Counted from the first letter of the stretch, positions 51,031-62,015 are shown. The stretch is 64,000 nt of DNA from Alphaproteobacteria bacterium (GCA_965225945.1 CBDDBZ010000021.1:32001-96000); one strand, 5' to 3'. Program-made: numbers and translations. The notes: generated by a model not told the origin, from the sequence alone.

Positions 51031-52167
51031 TCAGGTCAACACCAGATCGTCGCGGTGGATCATTTCGTCCCGGCCCCGGTAGCCCAAAAGTTCGGCGATC
51101 TCGTGACTGCGATGGCCGAGGATCCGGGACGCGTCGGCGGCGGAATAGGCGATCAAGCCGCGCGCCAACTCCCGGCCTTCGGAATCGCGGACGACCACGG
51201 CATCGCCCCGCTCGAAGGTGCCCTCGACGGCGCTGACGCCCGCCGGTAGCAGGCTCTTGCCGGTCCTGAGCGCCGTCACCGCGCCGGCGTCGATGACGAT
51301 GCCGCCGGTCGGGTTGAGGCTGCCGGCGATCCAACGCTTGCGGGGAGTGGTGGGCGTGACCCCGGCCAGGAACCAGGAGCCGCCGCCCGCATCGGCGCGG
51401 CGCAGCGCGTCCATCGCGCGACCGTCGGCGATCAGCATGTGGCAACCGCCCTGCATCGCAATCCGCGCCGCCTGCAGCTTGGTCGCCATGCCGCCACGCC
51501 CCAAGCTGGTCTCGCCGGAACGTGGCTCGGAAGCGCGCGCCATCGCCTCCAACTCCGGCGTGATCTCGGCGATCTCCGGGATCTTTCGGGCCTCGGGATC
51601 GCGGCGGGGATCGGTGGTATAAAGGCCGTCGACGACCGAGAGCAGGATCAGGCAATCGGCCCCCATCATCACCGCGACGCGGGCTGCCAGGCGGTCGTTG
51701 TCGCCGAACCGGATCGCCTCCGTGGTGATCGTGTCGTTCTCGTTGATGATCGCCACCGCGCCCCGGCTCAGCAGCGCGGTCAGCGTGTCGCGGGCGTTGA
51801 GATAACGTCGCCGCGTCTCCGTCTCCTGCGCCGTCAGCAATACCAGCGCGACGGTGATGTCGTGCTTCGCCAGCGCCTCCTTGAAGGCATGCGCCAGGCC
51901 GAGCTGACCCGTGGCGGCGGCGGCCTGACTGTCCTCCAGGCGGAGCGGCCCCGGCGGGAGCCCGAGCTGGCGACGGCCCAGCGCGATAGCGCCGGAGGAG
52001 ACGATCAGCACCTCCTGGCCACGGGCCCGGCGACGCGCGATTTCGGCGGCGAAGGCGGTCAGCCAGTCCGCCCGCAATCGACCGGTCTCGCCATCCACCA
52101 GCAGCGCCGAGCCGATCTTGACGATGATGCGGCCGGCCCCCGCCAGCCGGTTCAGATCGGCCGCCAC
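51031..52167 (-). CDS. proB: Glutamate 5-kinase with PUA domain
   Basis: VKIGS, VSSGA, INEND, FGDNDRL and GGMATK motifs. Confidence 0.97.
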   Translation of the reverse strand: MAADLNRLAGAGRIIVKIGSALLVDGETGRLRADWLTAFAAEIARRRARGQEVLIVSSGAIALGRRQLGLPPGPLRLEDSQAAAATGQLGLAHAFKEALAKHDITVALVLLTAQETETRRRYLNARDTLTALLSRGAVAIINENDTITTEAIRFGDNDRLAARVAVMMGADCLILLSVVDGLYTTDPRRDPEARKIPEIAEITPELEAMARASEPRSGETSLGRGGMATKLQAARIAMQGGCHMLIADGRAMDALRRADAGGGSWFLAGVTPTTPRKRWIAGSLNPTGGIVIDAGAVTALRTGKSLLPAGVSAVEGTFERGDAVVVRDSEGRELARGLIAYSAADASRILGHRSHEIAELLGYRGRDEMIHRDDLVLT

Positions 52168-53192
52168 GCCGCCGCCTCCTCAAATTCCGGCTGGTCCCGG
52201 CGGCGCGCCTCGCGGACGACCTCGGCGAGCCGGCGCAACAGCGCCTCGACACCCGTCCCCGCGACGCCGGAGATCGCCTCGACTTCGCCGCCCGAGGCCC
52301 GCGCGAGCCGACGCCGTCGCGCCCGATGGGTTTCCGCATCCAGCGCGTCGATCTTGTTGAGGGCGATGATCTCCGGCTTCCGCGCGAGGTCCTCGCCGTA
52401 GGCTCCCAGTTCGCCCCGGATCGTTCGGTAGGCCGCTTCCACATCCTCGGCGGTGCCGTCGACCAGATGCAACAGGACGGGGCAGCGCTCGACATGGCCG
52501 AGAAAGCGGTCGCCCAGGCCGGCGCCCTCGTGCGCGCCTTCGATCAGGCCCGGGATGTCGGCGACGACGAATTCCTCGCCGTCGAGATAGACCACGCCCA
52601 GGTTGGGATGAAGCGTGGTGAAGGGATAGTCGGCGATCTTCGGATGGGCCCGGCTGACGGCGGCGAGGAACGTCGACTTGCCGGCGTTCGGCAGCCCGAC
52701 CAGGCCGACGTCAGCGATCAGTTTCAGCCGCAGCCAGAGCGTGAGCTCAACCTCGGGCTGGCCGTCGTCGACGCGCCGGGGCGCCCGGTTGGTGGAGGAC
52801 TTGAAATGGGCGTTGCCACGCCCGCCCCTGCCGCCCTCGGCCAGGACCGCGCGCTGGCCCACCTCGGTCAGGTCTGCGATCACGAACTCCTGGTTTTCGT
52901 CCAGGATCTCGGTGCCGACCGGCACGCGGACATAGGCATGACGGCCGTCGGCGCCGGTCCGCCGGCGGCCCTCGCCGGGGCGACCATTGCGGGCCTTGGC
53001 GTGCTGCATAAAGCGAAAGTCGACGAGCGTGTTGAGCCCCGCCACCGCCTCGGCGACGACGTCGCCGCCGCGCCCGCCATCACCCCCGTCGGGGCCGCCG
53101 AACTCGATGAACTTCTCGCGCCGGAAGCTCATGCAGCCGTGCCCGCCCCGGCCGCTTCGGACGTAGATTTTGGCGAGATCGAGAAACTTCAT
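52152..53192 (-). CDS. obgE: GTPase ObgE/CgtA
   Basis: [28 protein letters not shown] and NKID motifs. Confidence 0.98.
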   Translation of the reverse strand: MKFLDLAKIYVRSGRGGHGCMSFRREKFIEFGGPDGGDGGRGGDVVAEAVAGLNTLVDFRFMQHAKARNGRPGEGRRRTGADGRHAYVRVPVGTEILDENQEFVIADLTEVGQRAVLAEGGRGGRGNAHFKSSTNRAPRRVDDGQPEVELTLWLRLKLIADVGLVGLPNAGKSTFLAAVSRAHPKIADYPFTTLHPNLGVVYLDGEEFVVADIPGLIEGAHEGAGLGDRFLGHVERCPVLLHLVDGTAEDVEAAYRTIRGELGAYGEDLARKPEIIALNKIDALDAETHRARRRRLARASGGEVEAISGVAGTGVEALLRRLAEVVREARRRDQPEFEEAAAWRPI

Positions 53193-53286
53193 CGCACTTG
53201 CTCGAGATGACCGTCACGGTCGGACTCTAAACGAAAATGGGGGAATGGCGCGCCATTCCCCCTCGACGTCGGCGCGCACGGGAGCC

Positions 53287-53544
53287 TCAGCCCATCGGCT
53301 CCACCGAGACGTAGGTCCGATCGCCGGCCCGCTTGCTGTACTTCACCTTGCCCTCGACGAGGGCGAAAATCGTGTGGTCCTTGCCGAGGCCGACATACTC
53401 GCCCGGGCGCCATTTGGTGCCGCGCTGGCGAACGATGATGTTGCCGGGAATGACGGCCTCGCCGCCGTACTTCTTGATGCCGAGCCGGCGGCCCGCCGAA
53501 TCCCGACCATTGCGCGAGCTGCCACCCGCCTTCTTGTGCGCCAT
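53287..53544 (-). CDS. rpmA: 50S ribosomal protein L27
   Basis: [16 protein letters not shown]...RQRGTK. Confidence 0.98.
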   Translation of the reverse strand: MAHKKAGGSSRNGRDSAGRRLGIKKYGGEAVIPGNIIVRQRGTKWRPGEYVGLGKDHTIFALVEGKVKYSKRAGDRTYVSVEPMG

Positions 53545-53578
53545 TCCTCGGGTCCCCTCGATTTCCCTCGCCGGCGCT

Positions 53579-53896
53579 TTAGCCCGCCGCCTGGATATCG
53601 GTGACGCGGACCACCGTCAGATCCTGGCGATGGCCCCGCTTGCGCCGACTATTCTTGCGGCGCCTCTTCTTGATCATGATGATCTTCGGCCCGCGTGCCT
53701 GCTCCAGCACCGTGGCCTGGACGCTGGCACCCTCGACCAACGGCGTTCCGACCTTGACGTCCGCGCCCTCGCCCACCATCAGGACCTGATCGAAGGTCAC
53801 GTCCTCGCCGGCCCCGACGTCGAGTTTCTCGATTCGAAATACCGCGTCCTTTTCGACCCGATACTGTTTTCCACCCGTCTTGATGACCGCGTACAT
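53579..53896 (-). CDS. rplU: 50S ribosomal protein L21
   Basis: [14 protein letters not shown]...GHRQ. Confidence 0.98.
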   Translation of the reverse strand: MYAVIKTGGKQYRVEKDAVFRIEKLDVGAGEDVTFDQVLMVGEGADVKVGTPLVEGASVQATVLEQARGPKIIMIKKRRRKNSRRKRGHRQDLTVVRVTDIQAAG

Positions 53897-53974
53897 GGCT
53901 TCGTTTCTCTCGATCCAGGCGCCTGCGCACAACCAACCCGTGGCGCGGCGCTACGCCGCGCGTCCAGGAGGCGC

Positions 53975-54003
53975 GGTATAAGTCGCGACCGGGCCCGTGT
54001 CAA
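53975..54003 (-). promoter_or_regulatory. Putative sigma70 promoter of the rplU-rpmA operon
   Basis: TTGACA-17 nt-TATACC on the minus strand. Confidence 0.65.
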
Positions 54004-54004
54004 T

Positions 54005-54062
54005 CGTCCCGGCGGCTTCCCGGCGGCTTCCCAGCAGCGTCCCGGCGGCGTCCCGGCGGCGT
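54005..54062. repeat. 11-bp tandem repeat C(G/T)TCCC(G/A)GC(G/A)G, 5 copies
   Basis: Units start at 54005, 54016, 54027, 54038 and 54049. Confidence 0.9.
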
Positions 54063-54077
54063 CGCAGAGATGCCCGA

Positions 54078-54698
54078 TCAGTGGCGCAGCCGCCTGGCCT
54101 GGAGCTTGACGCCGGAAATCTTGTATTCGACCGGCTCGGCGTCCGCGTGGACGCCGGCGTCGAGCCGCCCGTGCGCCCTGGCGCTGACCAGGATCTCGCC
54201 CCGTTGCGCCGAATCCTCGCCCAGCTTGCAAGCGAAATTCACCGCCTCGCCGAAGAGGTCGGGGCTGCGCATCGGATCGGGCGCCTCGAGCACCAGAACC
54301 TCGCCAAAATCGATGCCGATCTTGACGAAGATGTCGCGTTTGTCCTCGGTGAAGATGTTGAGCATGTCGAGGGCGGAATTGATGGCGACGGCCGCCTCGA
54401 CCGCCGGCCCGGCGTCCTCGAAGATCGCGAAGACGTTGTCCGCCTCGAACTTGATCACCTTGCCGCCATGCTTTTCGATGATCGGATGGGCCACTCGGTT
54501 CATCCGGCGAATGAGCGAGAGATAGAAGACGATGCCGTGACGCCGCGTGGCGAGGGAGAAGCCGCTCATGTCGAGGATCAACACAGCGCGATCGACGGCG
54601 AAGCGTGACTTGATCCCGGTCTCGATCCTGGGCCGATCGTCGTCACCCGCCCGATCATAGGCGTCGAGCAGATTCAGAATTTCAACGTTGTCGCTCAT
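54078..54698 (-). CDS. Stand-alone class III adenylate/guanylate cyclase domain protein
   Basis: LDMSGFS, IKFEADN, IGIDFG and [13 protein letters not shown] motifs (Lys in place of the usual transition-state Arg). Confidence 0.88.
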   Translation of the reverse strand: MSDNVEILNLLDAYDRAGDDDRPRIETGIKSRFAVDRAVLILDMSGFSLATRRHGIVFYLSLIRRMNRVAHPIIEKHGGKVIKFEADNVFAIFEDAGPAVEAAVAINSALDMLNIFTEDKRDIFVKIGIDFGEVLVLEAPDPMRSPDLFGEAVNFACKLGEDSAQRGEILVSARAHGRLDAGVHADAEPVEYKISGVKLQARRLRH

Positions 54699-54737
54699 CG
54701 CTCCCCCGTCGCGCGATCCGACAGCGCCCGCCGGGCC

Positions 54738-55613
54738 TCACTCCGCCGCCGAGCGCGCCTCCGCCAGCAGGCGATCGGATTCGAGCTGATAGCGCGGCGT
54801 CTCGTCGCGCGGCGCCCGTTCATCGCCCCCGTCCGCCCGCATCTCGTCGGCCTTCCAGCCCTCGTCCTCCGCCCAGCGCCGGTCGAGATCGATGATCCGG
54901 CCCGGTCGCTCGAAGCTCGGCCACGCCTCCAGTGCGGCGCGTAGAAGCGCCAATTGATCGGCCGGATCGAACGGCTTGCCGGTGGTGTGCCCCAAGGGAT
55001 AATCGACGAAGACCGCGCGCGGCGGCCGGCCGGCCTCGATGATGTCACGGGCACTGACGATTGCGAGGGTGGGGATGCCCCGGGCTTCCAGATGGCGCGC
55101 GACCAGACTCACGGTCTGGTGGCAGACCGGTCACAACGGCACCAGCAGGGCGACATCCACCGCCTGCGCGACGAAGGCCGCCTCGATCGCCGGGACCAGC
55201 TCGTCGCGCGTGCGGCGCTGCGAATAGATCCCGCCCATGCACGAGAGATGGTCCTCGGCGAGCGCCCCGATCACGCCTTCCTCGGCCAGGCGGGCGAGCG
55301 GGGTCATGGGAAAGACGCAGTTCGGATCCGGCCGGGCATCGGGTAGATAGTTCTCCGTGATGTGGGAGAAGCGCATGTCGGCCGGATCGGTGTCCCGGGG
55401 GATGCGGCGCATCGAGGTGTCGTCCTTATAGAAGAAAGCGACCTGGCCAACGGCATAGGCGCCCGCCGTCGACAGCATGCCGAGGCGCGAGTCGGACAGC
55501 GGCTTGGCAAGCGGCGTCAGCACGCCGTCGTCCTCGGCATGATACCAGGCGTAAGCTCGGTAGCCGAGTCGCCGGTAGCGCTCCGTGATGGCCTTGATGT
55601 ATTCGACGTGCAT
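54738..55613 (-). CDS. GrdB/PrdB-like selenoprotein (291 aa with in-frame UGA, UxxC motif)
   Basis: ORFs 55131-55655 and 54738-55112 share a frame and join as DVALLVPL-U-PVCHQTVSLVARHLEARGIPT; also LAKPLSDSRLGMLSTAG, DPNCVFP and PPRAVFVDYPLGH. Confidence 0.88.
55102..55130 (-). promoter_or_regulatory. Putative bacterial SECIS element
   Basis: ACCAGAC-CGUGA-GUCUGGU, a perfect 7-bp stem starting 11 nt after the UGA, with GU at loop positions 2-3. Confidence 0.7.
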
Positions 55614-55706
55614 GCCGTGGCGCCCCTCGTCGGCCTTGAATCGCCGGCATCTCACCAGATCGACCCCGGCCGTGCAAGCCGATCTCCGGATCGCCGCGTA
55701 GGCGTC

Positions 55707-56702
55707 CTACCCGGGCGCGCAGGCCCGGATTGCCGCCTCGAACACGGCCTTGGCGCCCGGCCCCCGAGCGAAGGGGCTGATGATCGGCAGATCGATGCCG
55801 GAGGCGCGATAGGCTTCTATCCGTTCCTTGCACTCCTCCGACCGCCCGGCGAGGCTGGTGGCGGCGACCATCTCGTCGCTGACCGCGCTGATCGCGTCCC
55901 GCCGGTCGCCCCGCGCCCAGGCCTCGGCGATCGCCGCCGCCTCGGCCTCGAAACCGTGCTCGGCTAAAAGCCTATTGTAACGCGGGAAGAAGCCGGCATA
56001 GAGCGCCAGGCCCGGGCGCATCATGTCGAGCGCCTCGGCCCGATCCTCGGCGACGACGGTCGGCAGGAGAGAGGTGATTTCGATTCCCGAACCATCCCGC
56101 CCGACGCGGGCCGCGCCCTCGGCCAATTGCGCCCGCACCGTGCCGCCGGTGTCGAGGCTGCTCCGGGTCAAGATGATGCCGTCGGCGATCTCGCCCACCA
56201 CACCGATCATCTTGGCGAAGACGGCGGCGGCGTAGATCGGAACTTCGCGGCGAAGCGGCTGGAACCAAAGGTCGAAACTCTCGATTTTGACGGTCTCGCC
56301 CAAGTATCGTGCTTCGCCGTCGCGCAGCAGCGCGCGGACCACCTCGATGGTCTCGCGCACCCGGGTGACCGGTTTGGCGTAGGCGACGCCGTGTTCCGGC
56401 ACCACCTGCACCTTGTGGCTGCTTCCGAGGCCGAGCACGAAGCGCCCGCCCGAGAGCTGATCGAGGGTGGCCGTCGCCATCGCGATGGTCGGCGCGGTGC
56501 GAACGAAAACGCTGCTGATCGCGGTGCCAAGGCGAATGCGCGAGGTGAGCGTGGCGGCGGCGGCGAGGACCGCGAACTGATCACCGCCGTGGCCCTCCGC
56601 AGCCCAGGCCGAATCGTAGCCGAGCGATTCCGCGAGGCGGATACATTCGATGATCTCGCTCGCGTTGGGGCCGCCGGAAAACGCCACACCGATCCGCCCC
56701 AT
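55707..56702 (-). CDS. LLM-class (F420/flavin-dependent) oxidoreductase
   Basis: AESLGYDSAWAAE, TSRIRLGTAI and LDQLSGGRFVLGLG motifs. Confidence 0.9.
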   Translation of the reverse strand: MGRIGVAFSGGPNASEIIECIRLAESLGYDSAWAAEGHGGDQFAVLAAAATLTSRIRLGTAISSVFVRTAPTIAMATATLDQLSGGRFVLGLGSSHKVQVVPEHGVAYAKPVTRVRETIEVVRALLRDGEARYLGETVKIESFDLWFQPLRREVPIYAAAVFAKMIGVVGEIADGIILTRSSLDTGGTVRAQLAEGAARVGRDGSGIEITSLLPTVVAEDRAEALDMMRPGLALYAGFFPRYNRLLAEHGFEAEAAAIAEAWARGDRRDAISAVSDEMVAATSLAGRSEECKERIEAYRASGIDLPIISPFARGPGAKAVFEAAIRACAPG

Positions 56703-56880
56703 GACGTGCTCCCTCGCTGCCGTCGAGCACCGACTCTAGCACGCGCGCCGCCGCCGGTTGACAGCCCCGGGGGGAAACGCGGATACCGGCGCGGCACGAC
56801 GGCTTCGGGACGCTCGCTCTCCGGCCCCTGACGGTGGTGTTCGGCGCCGAAGTCGACGCGTCGCGCGCGCTCGCAGGCTA

Positions 56881-57721
56881 GGTCGTGGACTCATTAGCTC
56901 GCAACCAGATGCGGATGGCGGCGAGCTTGATCATGGCGAGATAGTTGGCGGCGAGCTTTTCGTAGCGTGTCGCGATGCGCCGGCAGTGCTTGAGCCGGTT
57001 GAAGAAGCGCTCGACTCGGTTGCGCTCGCGCTAGAGCGTCGGGCTGAAGGCGTGGCGCGGCTTGCGATTGCTGCGATCGGGGATGTTGGCGGCAGCGTCC
57101 TGATCCTCGATCAGTTGCCTGATCTCATCGCTCTCGTAGGCCTTGTCGGCGAGCACGAAGCAGTCCGGCTGAAGCGCCTCCAAAAGCGTCGGCGCGGCCT
57201 GACTGTCGTGCGCCTGGCCGGGCGTGAGGTCGAAGCGGAACGGCAGGCCCTGGGCATCGACCAGGGCATGGATCTTGGTCGTCAATCCACCTCGGCTACG
57301 ACCCATGCAACGATCTCCGGCGTTTTTTTTGCCCCTGCCGCGTGCTGATGCACCCGCACGCTCGTGCTATCGATCATCTGCACGTTGCCGTCATAGGCCT
57401 GGACGATGGCGTCCATCAACCGGTCCCAGACACCGGCCTTGCGCCAGCGGTTGAAGCGGTTCTAGCAGGTCGTGTAGGGCCCGTAGCGCTCCGGCAGGTC
57501 GCGCCACGGCGCACCCGAGCGCAAGATCCAGAAAATCCCGTTCAGAACCCGCCGGTCGTCCACCCGCGGCACACCCCGCGGCTTGTTCGGCAACAGCGGC
57601 GCAATCACCGACCACTCAAAATCCGTCAGATCGTAACGTCCACCCATGATCCAGCTCCCACAGTTTGGAAGCTTGAATCACATTTGCCCCAAAAAGGGAA
57701 TCACTTTATGAGTACACAACC
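56881..57721 (-). mobile_element. IS5-family (IS427-like) element with an inactivated transposase
   Basis: IRs GGTCGTGGACTCAT / ATGAGTACACAACC (12/14 match) flanked by TA in a CTAG context; RYDLTDFEW, WRDLPERYG, SRGGLTTKIH, LADKAY and RNRVERFFN motifs; A8 frameshift run; internal TAG stops at 57462 and 57031. Confidence 0.9.
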
Positions 57722-57726
57722 TAGTA

Positions 57727-58694
57727 TCAGGCAGCGCTTACGGCATGTCTTTGATTTTGCATTTGTCCGAACATATCTAAATCAAAGTCGAATTTCTCCG
57801 CCAGAGTTCGGAGCTTAAACAATTGGGTGCTAGTAAATAACTTCGACCCTCGACCGGAAATTCCTATATTTTCGTTGAGTTTTTCTTTCAAACGCGAGGC
57901 GTTTCTAAATTTTTGGATCACTTCCTCCACAAACTCCTTCGGTATTTCATGACCAAGGAACTGAATCAGCTGCACAATCAACGCAGATTCATCCATCAAT
58001 AAATTTTCATAAGACACGAAGAAGACGTCGAGATCGTGTCGCGCCTTTGCGCAAAACCATGATGTATAATATTGAAAGTACCAGGTAGCCGAAATGTCGA
58101 TCACAAAATCAAATTTGTATTCCAGTGAGCCAGACAAAAACTTCCGAACGGCCGTCGAGGGAATCGGCCCTTGAAACGACCCGATATTGCCATGGGCTTC
58201 AATTTCGTCGATGTTTAGCGCCCATTGTCTTCCAAATTCTTCCTTTTGACTCACCAACGAGTCCGAGATGTCTCGAAGACATATCACTGGGATAACATTA
58301 AAAAGATCCAGCATCCGCAGTGTGTGCGGATTGGCCATGAGGTGTGCATGGGTGATAAATTTATCATGACTGGAAGTCAAGGCCAGCATTGTGGTGAAGT
58401 CTATTTCATTGACAACGTGAAGCAGACTCTTTTGCTCCAAATCCCGATCATAATCCAAAAGAATAGACCGCTGCGGTAGGCGCAAGACATCAGAAATAAT
58501 ATTAAATATGAATTTCGTAGCACTTTTGGAAGGGCCAAAAACACCCATGTAAAACCGCCATCAGTCAGTTTGCAATTGTGCGAAATATGATGAACAAACT
58601 CTGAAAACTGCGCTCTATCGAACTCGAATACCTTATCGTAGTCCAAGTTTGTATCCGCCATATTCATATTCCGAAATCCGTTTGTATCACTCAA
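57727..58694 (-). pseudogene. Low-GC sulfotransferase-domain protein, probably frameshifted
   Basis: One extra A in the run at 58524-58527 would join ORF 58401-58694 to ORF 57727-58548 as WVFLALPKSATKFI (5'-PSB loop); also LRDISDSLVS and VSYENL. Confidence 0.65.
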
Positions 58695-59228
58695 CTGACA
58701 CTATGCGCACCAAACGCGGGTATATGGTGATTTCCGCGCAATTTCTTCCCGGCGCTGGATTCATGACATCACTCAAGTTTCCAAGTGGGGAAATGTATCG
58801 AACTTTGGTTAAAATTAAGTTAACTTTTCTCCGGTTAAAAATTTATTACGAATGGCTATGATCAGAAAGTTGAACGGTTGCCATTCGCCAAGGGAGTCTA
58901 TACGGTTCGGCGCGTGTGGCGATAAGCTGATGTTTTGAAACGGGCTTTGAGATTCGTCGAAGGCAGTCACTTTTGCGTGCCGAGCAAAAAAATGACCGTC
59001 TTATGATAGGTGAGGTAGGGGCCCGAAGCCCCGAGAGACCGGGCGGGGCGCGTCAAGGGGAACGGCGGACCTGGTGGGCCTGCGGAGCGGGTGCGAGGGC
59101 GCCGACGGCGATGATCGAACGGCTCACTCGCCTTCCGCGTGCAGCTTGAACCGAGCTATACCGAACCCCACGCCGGGTTGCAGGGGCGGACCGCGGGCCT
59201 AAGCCCGCGGCCTACCGAACCGGGAACC

Positions 59229-59579
59229 TCAGCCTATCACCTCGCGCAGCACATGGCGGCGGTTGGTGGTGTCGGCGCGCACCTCGCTCGCCCAGCGCCC
59301 CTTCTCGACGGCCGCTGTCCAGGCGGCACTGAGCAAGACGTCCGGGCTCTCGAGCTCATAGATCGCCGTGTAAGCCGGCTCGCCCTCGATGACGATGTCC
59401 ATGACCTCGCCGCCGATCTTCACCTTGAGCGGCACTTGCTTGGCGCGCCGCACCTTCAGCACGCCCGGCACGGCCGAGATATAAGGCACATGTTCGGTGT
59501 CGTAGACCTCGTTGAAGAGGTCTTCCTTGTCCGCCGCGACGTCCATCGAGACGATGAAGAGATATTTCGCGTCCGCCAT
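59229..59579 (-). CDS. EthD-like / dimeric alpha-beta barrel protein
   Basis: EDLFNEVYDTEHVPYISAVPGV...YTAIYELES. Confidence 0.75.
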   Translation of the reverse strand: MADAKYLFIVSMDVAADKEDLFNEVYDTEHVPYISAVPGVLKVRRAKQVPLKVKIGGEVMDIVIEGEPAYTAIYELESPDVLLSAAWTAAVEKGRWASEVRADTTNRRHVLREVIG

Positions 59580-59597
59580 TTTCCTTGTCCTCCCTAG

Positions 59598-59927
59598 TCA
59601 ATCGACGATGAAGAGCTTGGCCCCGATCTCGCTCGAGGAGCGATGCGCCTCCGCCCGGTCGGCGACCTGATAGGACATCCCCGGCCCTATGGTGAAGCGG
59701 CGGCCGTCGCTGAGCTCGGTCTCCAGACGGCCCTCCAGCACCAGCAGCACATGGCCCTTCTCGCACCAATGATCGGCCAGGTAGCCGGGCGTGTATTCGA
59801 CCATGCGGACCCGGATCTCGCCATAGAGGCGGGTCCGCCAGATGGCCTTTCCGGTGGTGCCTGGATGCTCGCTCGGCGCCACCTCGTCCCAAGCCTGGAC
59901 GGTGAAAGGGATATCGCTCATTCGCAT
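59598..59927 (-). CDS. DHCW-motif cupin protein
   Basis: [17 protein letters not shown]...[13 protein letters not shown]. Confidence 0.9.
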   Translation of the reverse strand: MRMSDIPFTVQAWDEVAPSEHPGTTGKAIWRTRLYGEIRVRMVEYTPGYLADHWCEKGHVLLVLEGRLETELSDGRRFTIGPGMSYQVADRAEAHRSSSEIGAKLFIVD

Positions 59928-60018
59928 CTCGTTCGCTCCCCTTGCCTCGCATTTCCCGGCCGTGTACTCGGTGGTGGCCCGCCCCGGGCGGCGCGCGCAT
60001 CCAGCGGGAGCCAGCCTC

Positions 60019-60495
60019 ATGAGCTATACCCGACTCTATCCCGTTTCGTGGGAACAATTTCATCGCGACGCCAAGGCGCTCTCGTGGCGCCTGGCCGACG
60101 TGCGCGAATTCGCCGGCATCGTCGCCATCACCCGGGGCGGTCTGGTGCCGGCGGCGATCGTCGCCCGCGAGCTCGACCTCAGGCTGATCGATACGATCTG
60201 CGTCCGCTCCTATCGCGACACCAGCCGGGACGCGCCGGAGATGATCAAGCCGCTCGAATCGGACGACGAGAGCTGGCTGATCGGCGACGATCTGGTCCAC
60301 ACGGGCGGCACCGCGCAGGTGGTGCGCCGGATGCTGCCGAACGCCCACTATGCCACGGTCTACGCCAAGCCCGAGGGGCGCCCGATGGTCGATACCTATG
60401 TCACCGAGGTGAGCCAGGACACCTGGATCCTGTTCCCTTGGGACAGCGAGCTACGGCCGGCCCGCACCGTCGTCGAATTGACCCAGGACGAATGA
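60019..60495 (+). CDS. gpt: Xanthine phosphoribosyltransferase
   Basis: [30 protein letters not shown] and [10 protein letters not shown] motifs. Confidence 0.93.
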   Translation: MSYTRLYPVSWEQFHRDAKALSWRLADVREFAGIVAITRGGLVPAAIVARELDLRLIDTICVRSYRDTSRDAPEMIKPLESDDESWLIGDDLVHTGGTAQVVRRMLPNAHYATVYAKPEGRPMVDTYVTEVSQDTWILFPWDSELRPARTVVELTQDE

Positions 60496-60513
60496 GCCGG
60501 GGCACGCCCGCCC

Positions 60514-61698
60514 ATGATACGGGATCGCGCCGTCCTTTATCTCGGCATCGCCCAGACCTTGGCCTGGGCCGGGATGTTCTATGTCTTCCCGGCATTGCTG
60601 TTGCGCTGGGAGGCGGCCTTGGGCTGGTCCAGGGCGGAGCTCACCGGCGCCATAACCGTGGCGCTGTTGCTCTCGGCCCTGGCCTCGCCGCTGGCGGGCC
60701 GGCTGATCGACGCCGGCCGTGGCCCCGTGATGCTGGCGGGCGCCACGTTGCTCGGCGGCGTCTCTTTGATCGGCCTCTCGGTCGTGACGGAGGCCTGGCA
60801 GTTCTATCTCGTCTGGGCGCTTCTCGGCGTGATGATGGGGGGCTCGCTCTACGATCCTTGCTTCGCGCTGCTGACCCGGGCGCGCGGGGCCGAGGCGAAG
60901 CGGAGCATCATCCAGATCACCTTGATGGCGGGTTTCGCCAGCACGATCAGCTTCCCGGCGGCCCATGCCCTGGCGGACGCCTACGACTGGCGGGTCGCGG
61001 TGCGAATTTTCGCGGTCGTCGTCATCATCGTCGGCGCGCCGCTGATGTGGGCGGGCGCGCGCTCGGTGGAACGCGCCGGCAAGCACGGCGGTGGCGCGCC
61101 GTTGGCGGCGGCGGGGCGCCGGCCGGCGATCTTCGCCTCGCCGCTATTTTGGCTTTTGGGGATCGGCTTTGCCTTCGCCGCGGTCATTCATGGCGGGACG
61201 GTGCAGCATCTGTTGCCGATGCTCGACGATCGCGGGATCCGGGCGGATGTCGCGGTGCTGGCGGCGTCCTTCATCGGGCCGATGCAGGTGGCGGGCCGGA
61301 TCGCCGTGATGGCGGCCGGGCGTCACCTCTCCAACCACGCTGTCGCCGTCGGCAGCTTTTTCCTGATGGCCGTGGCGATCCTGTTGCTGTTCGCCTCGGG
61401 GGGCGCGCCGCTGCTGGTGGTCGGCTTCGTCATCCTGTTCGGCGCCGCCGTCGGCACCCTCAGCATCATCCGGCCGGTGATCACCCGCGAGATCATGGGC
61501 GAGGCGCATTTCGGCGCCAAGTTCGGCGCCATGTCGATGCTCTTTCTGGCGGGCTCCGCCGCCGCGCCCTATCTCGCCTCGCTGCTCTGGAGCGTGGGCG
61601 GCTACGACCTGGTCCTGCCCTGTCTCGGGGTCCTGGCGTTCCTGGGCCTCGGCCTCTATCTCGCCGCCCGGCGCGTTGCGCGCGGGACCAGTCCATAG
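60514..61698 (+). CDS. MFS transporter
   Basis: About 12 TM segments; AGRLIDAGRG and ITLMAGFASTISFP motifs. Confidence 0.9.
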   Translation: MIRDRAVLYLGIAQTLAWAGMFYVFPALLLRWEAALGWSRAELTGAITVALLLSALASPLAGRLIDAGRGPVMLAGATLLGGVSLIGLSVVTEAWQFYLVWALLGVMMGGSLYDPCFALLTRARGAEAKRSIIQITLMAGFASTISFPAAHALADAYDWRVAVRIFAVVVIIVGAPLMWAGARSVERAGKHGGGAPLAAAGRRPAIFASPLFWLLGIGFAFAAVIHGGTVQHLLPMLDDRGIRADVAVLAASFIGPMQVAGRIAVMAAGRHLSNHAVAVGSFFLMAVAILLLFASGGAPLLVVGFVILFGAAVGTLSIIRPVITREIMGEAHFGAKFGAMSMLFLAGSAAAPYLASLLWSVGGYDLVLPCLGVLAFLGLGLYLAARRVARGTSP

Positions 61699-61715
61699 AG
61701 CAATATCCGGACGGG

Positions 61716-62015
61716 CTATTTCGACTTCGGGCTCTGGCGGCGCCTGGTGGCGCGCGTCTTGGCCGCCGCTTTCGGCGCGCCGGCCTCCAATTCGGCGATG
61801 CGCGCGGCCAGGCGCTCGTTCTCCAGCCGGGCCTCGCGCGCCATCTCCTTCGCCACCTGGAACTCCTCCCGCGTCACCAGGTCCATGCGGTCGAGAAAGC
61901 GTTCCAGGCGCTGGCGCGCAAGCCCTTCCGCCTCCTTGCCGGCGCCCTGGGCGATGCCGGCGGCGGCGGTGGCGAGCTTGGCGAGATCATCGAGCAGTTT
62001 TCGCGGCGCGGACAT
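61716..62015 (-). CDS. UbiK/BMFP family accessory factor
   Basis: LDDLAKL...MDLVTREEFQVAKEMA..AR.ENE.L.ARIAELE. Confidence 0.88.
   Translation of the reverse strand: MSAPRKLLDDLAKLATAAAGIAQGAGKEAEGLARQRLERFLDRMDLVTREEFQVAKEMAREARLENERLAARIAELEAGAPKAAAKTRATRRRQSPKSK

Noticed and set aside
59020-59228. GC-rich intergenic region with hairpin CCGCGGGC-CTAA-GCCCGCGG as a structured ncRNA
   Set aside because: I could not match it to any RNA family; the hairpin is adequately explained as a terminator-like stem after the 59229-59579 gene.
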